A stretch of 64,000 nucleotides of DNA, taken from NCBI GenBank assembly GCA_951406725.2, contig OX597828.1, positions 66,526,001 through 66,590,000 of the forward strand, in the 5' to 3' direction. The stretch comes from Octopus vulgaris (Eukaryota). A program made the translations under genes and the position numbers. Under the pieces are notes generated by a model. It ran no database searches and had not been told where the DNA came from. It saw only the letters and a program-made list of their open reading frames with translations. Positions within the stretch are counted from its first letter, which is position 1, and the number at the start of each line of letters is the position of its first letter. This document shows positions 62,596 through 64,000 of this stretch, piece after piece.

Positions 62596-62668
62596 AAATT
62601 AATATATTTGACAAGCTTAATAAATTAATATATTTGACAAGCTTAATAAATTAATATATTTGACAAGT
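62596..62668. repeat. 26-bp minisatellite, about 3 copies
   Basis: AAATTAATATATTTGACAAGCTTAAT repeated. Confidence 0.92.
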
Positions 62669-63104
62669 TACATAAATTCAGTTGACGCTGGAGTAATTTT
62701 TTTTTTCTTTTTCATTAATTTCTCATAAATCAACGTTTTTGCTACGTGTTTTAATTTCAGGTAATACTTGTCACTTTTACCAAATTACAAAACCATACTT
62801 TGTCTCTAGCCACAGATAAGGTGGGGCCTACTATTCCATCACCACCACCACCACAGCAGACACCTATTAATGGGGCTTGGCTTGTAAAACCTGTCTGTGA
62901 AATAAGACCTGTTTAAACCGGTGCATTTTAGTCGATATAATTCTACACGTAATGACATTTGAAATATGCAAGTCGTATGTTGAATGATATGATGAGCCAA
63001 ATGACAATTTTTTTTTTTATTTTAATTTTTTTTTTTGAGAGTGGGGATCAAGTTTTGTGCACATTTCCGTGCCAACATTCATTTTCTTTGATCAAGTTTT
63101 GTAC

Positions 63105-63560
63105 TTCATCATCATCATCATCATCATTTAACGTCCGCTTTCCATGCTAGCATGGGTTGGACGATTTGACTGAGGTCTGGTGAACCAGACTCCAATCTGA
63201 GCTGGCAGAGTTTCTACAGCTGGACGCCCTTCCTAATGCCAACCACTCCAAGAGTGTAGTGGGTGCTTTTACGTGCCACTGGCACGAGGGCGAGTTTGGT
63301 GGTACTGGCAACGGCTACGCCCAAATGGTGCTTCTTATATGCCACCTGCACAGGAGCCAGTCCAGCAGCACTGGCGACGACCTCACTTGAATATTCACAT
63401 GCCACCAGCACAAGTGCTAGCAAGGCGATGTGGTAATGATCACACTCGAATGGTGTGCTTGACGTGCCATCGGCACGATGGCCACCTTGTTGCTCTGGTA
63501 ACGATCTCACTCGTATGGTACTCTTAGTGCTCTACTAGCAACGGATGCCAGTCACCGAAT
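63105..63560 (-). mobile_element. RTE LINE 3'-UTR/tail copy
   Basis: (TCA)n, then TTTAACGTCCGCTTTCCATGCTAGCATGGGTTGG and GTGCC..GGCAC repeat units. Confidence 0.85.
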
Positions 63561-64000
63561 TTATTCTTATTAACTAAATCTCTCTTAGAATTGACAGAAC
63601 AAACAGGAGACAGCTATGTAAAGAATATATTCAATGTTGCAATTTTATGCCAGAACACTGAGGCGATAAATGCAATCATTTGGCTGATATTCAGGTGTAT
63701 CCACCGACAATTAATAAATTCAATTGACTTTCAATGTGAGAATTGTTGAGAATGGCTCCCAATGATATTAGCTGAGTAAGTGAAGTAGACTGCATTGGTA
63801 GGGGAAGGTCACCATGTGTGTGTGTGGAGAGAGAGAGGTAGGTAGATATAGACAAATTGGTTGATGTATGTGTACGTGTGTGAGTGTGTAGGTCTATATG
63901 TATGCATAATTATATAATAAAAATCACAAATCTTATGGAATACAGCTACCCAGGGTTTCCTGATCAAATTATTTACTTTGCCAATTTTCAAAATGTTTAT

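Overview
AT-rich, microsatellite-dense animal genomic DNA. The repeat landscape (tRNA-derived SINEs with internal (TA)n/(TG)n, RTE LINE tails ending in (GAT)n, mariner/hAT MITEs) looks like an octopus or other coleoid cephalopod; this is inference, not shown. There are two host genes. (1) The last nine coding exons of a + strand KHDC4/BLOM7-like splicing factor (11423-26248, consistent splice phases, long repeat-free 3'UTR to about 29930). (2) A - strand 1001-aa secreted protein with an intronless CDS (51953-54958) and two tandem chitin-deacetylase (CE4/NodB) domains: the first has intact catalytic motifs, the second has lost its Asp/His metal ligands. Mobile DNA includes a near full-length but inactivated RTE LINE with a PHD finger inside ORF2 and a hairpin-array 3'UTR, other RTE/CR1 3' ends, two mariner relics, a Merlin-like relic, Penelope-like relics and MITEs. 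The least expected signal is a set of minimal type-I hammerhead ribozyme motifs in non-coding foldback elements. One sits at the 3' end of a tRNA-headed SINE-like element present as a head-to-head pair (38690-39213), which suggests a Penelope-dependent ribozyme/retrozyme system. All calls were made by eye, without database searches.
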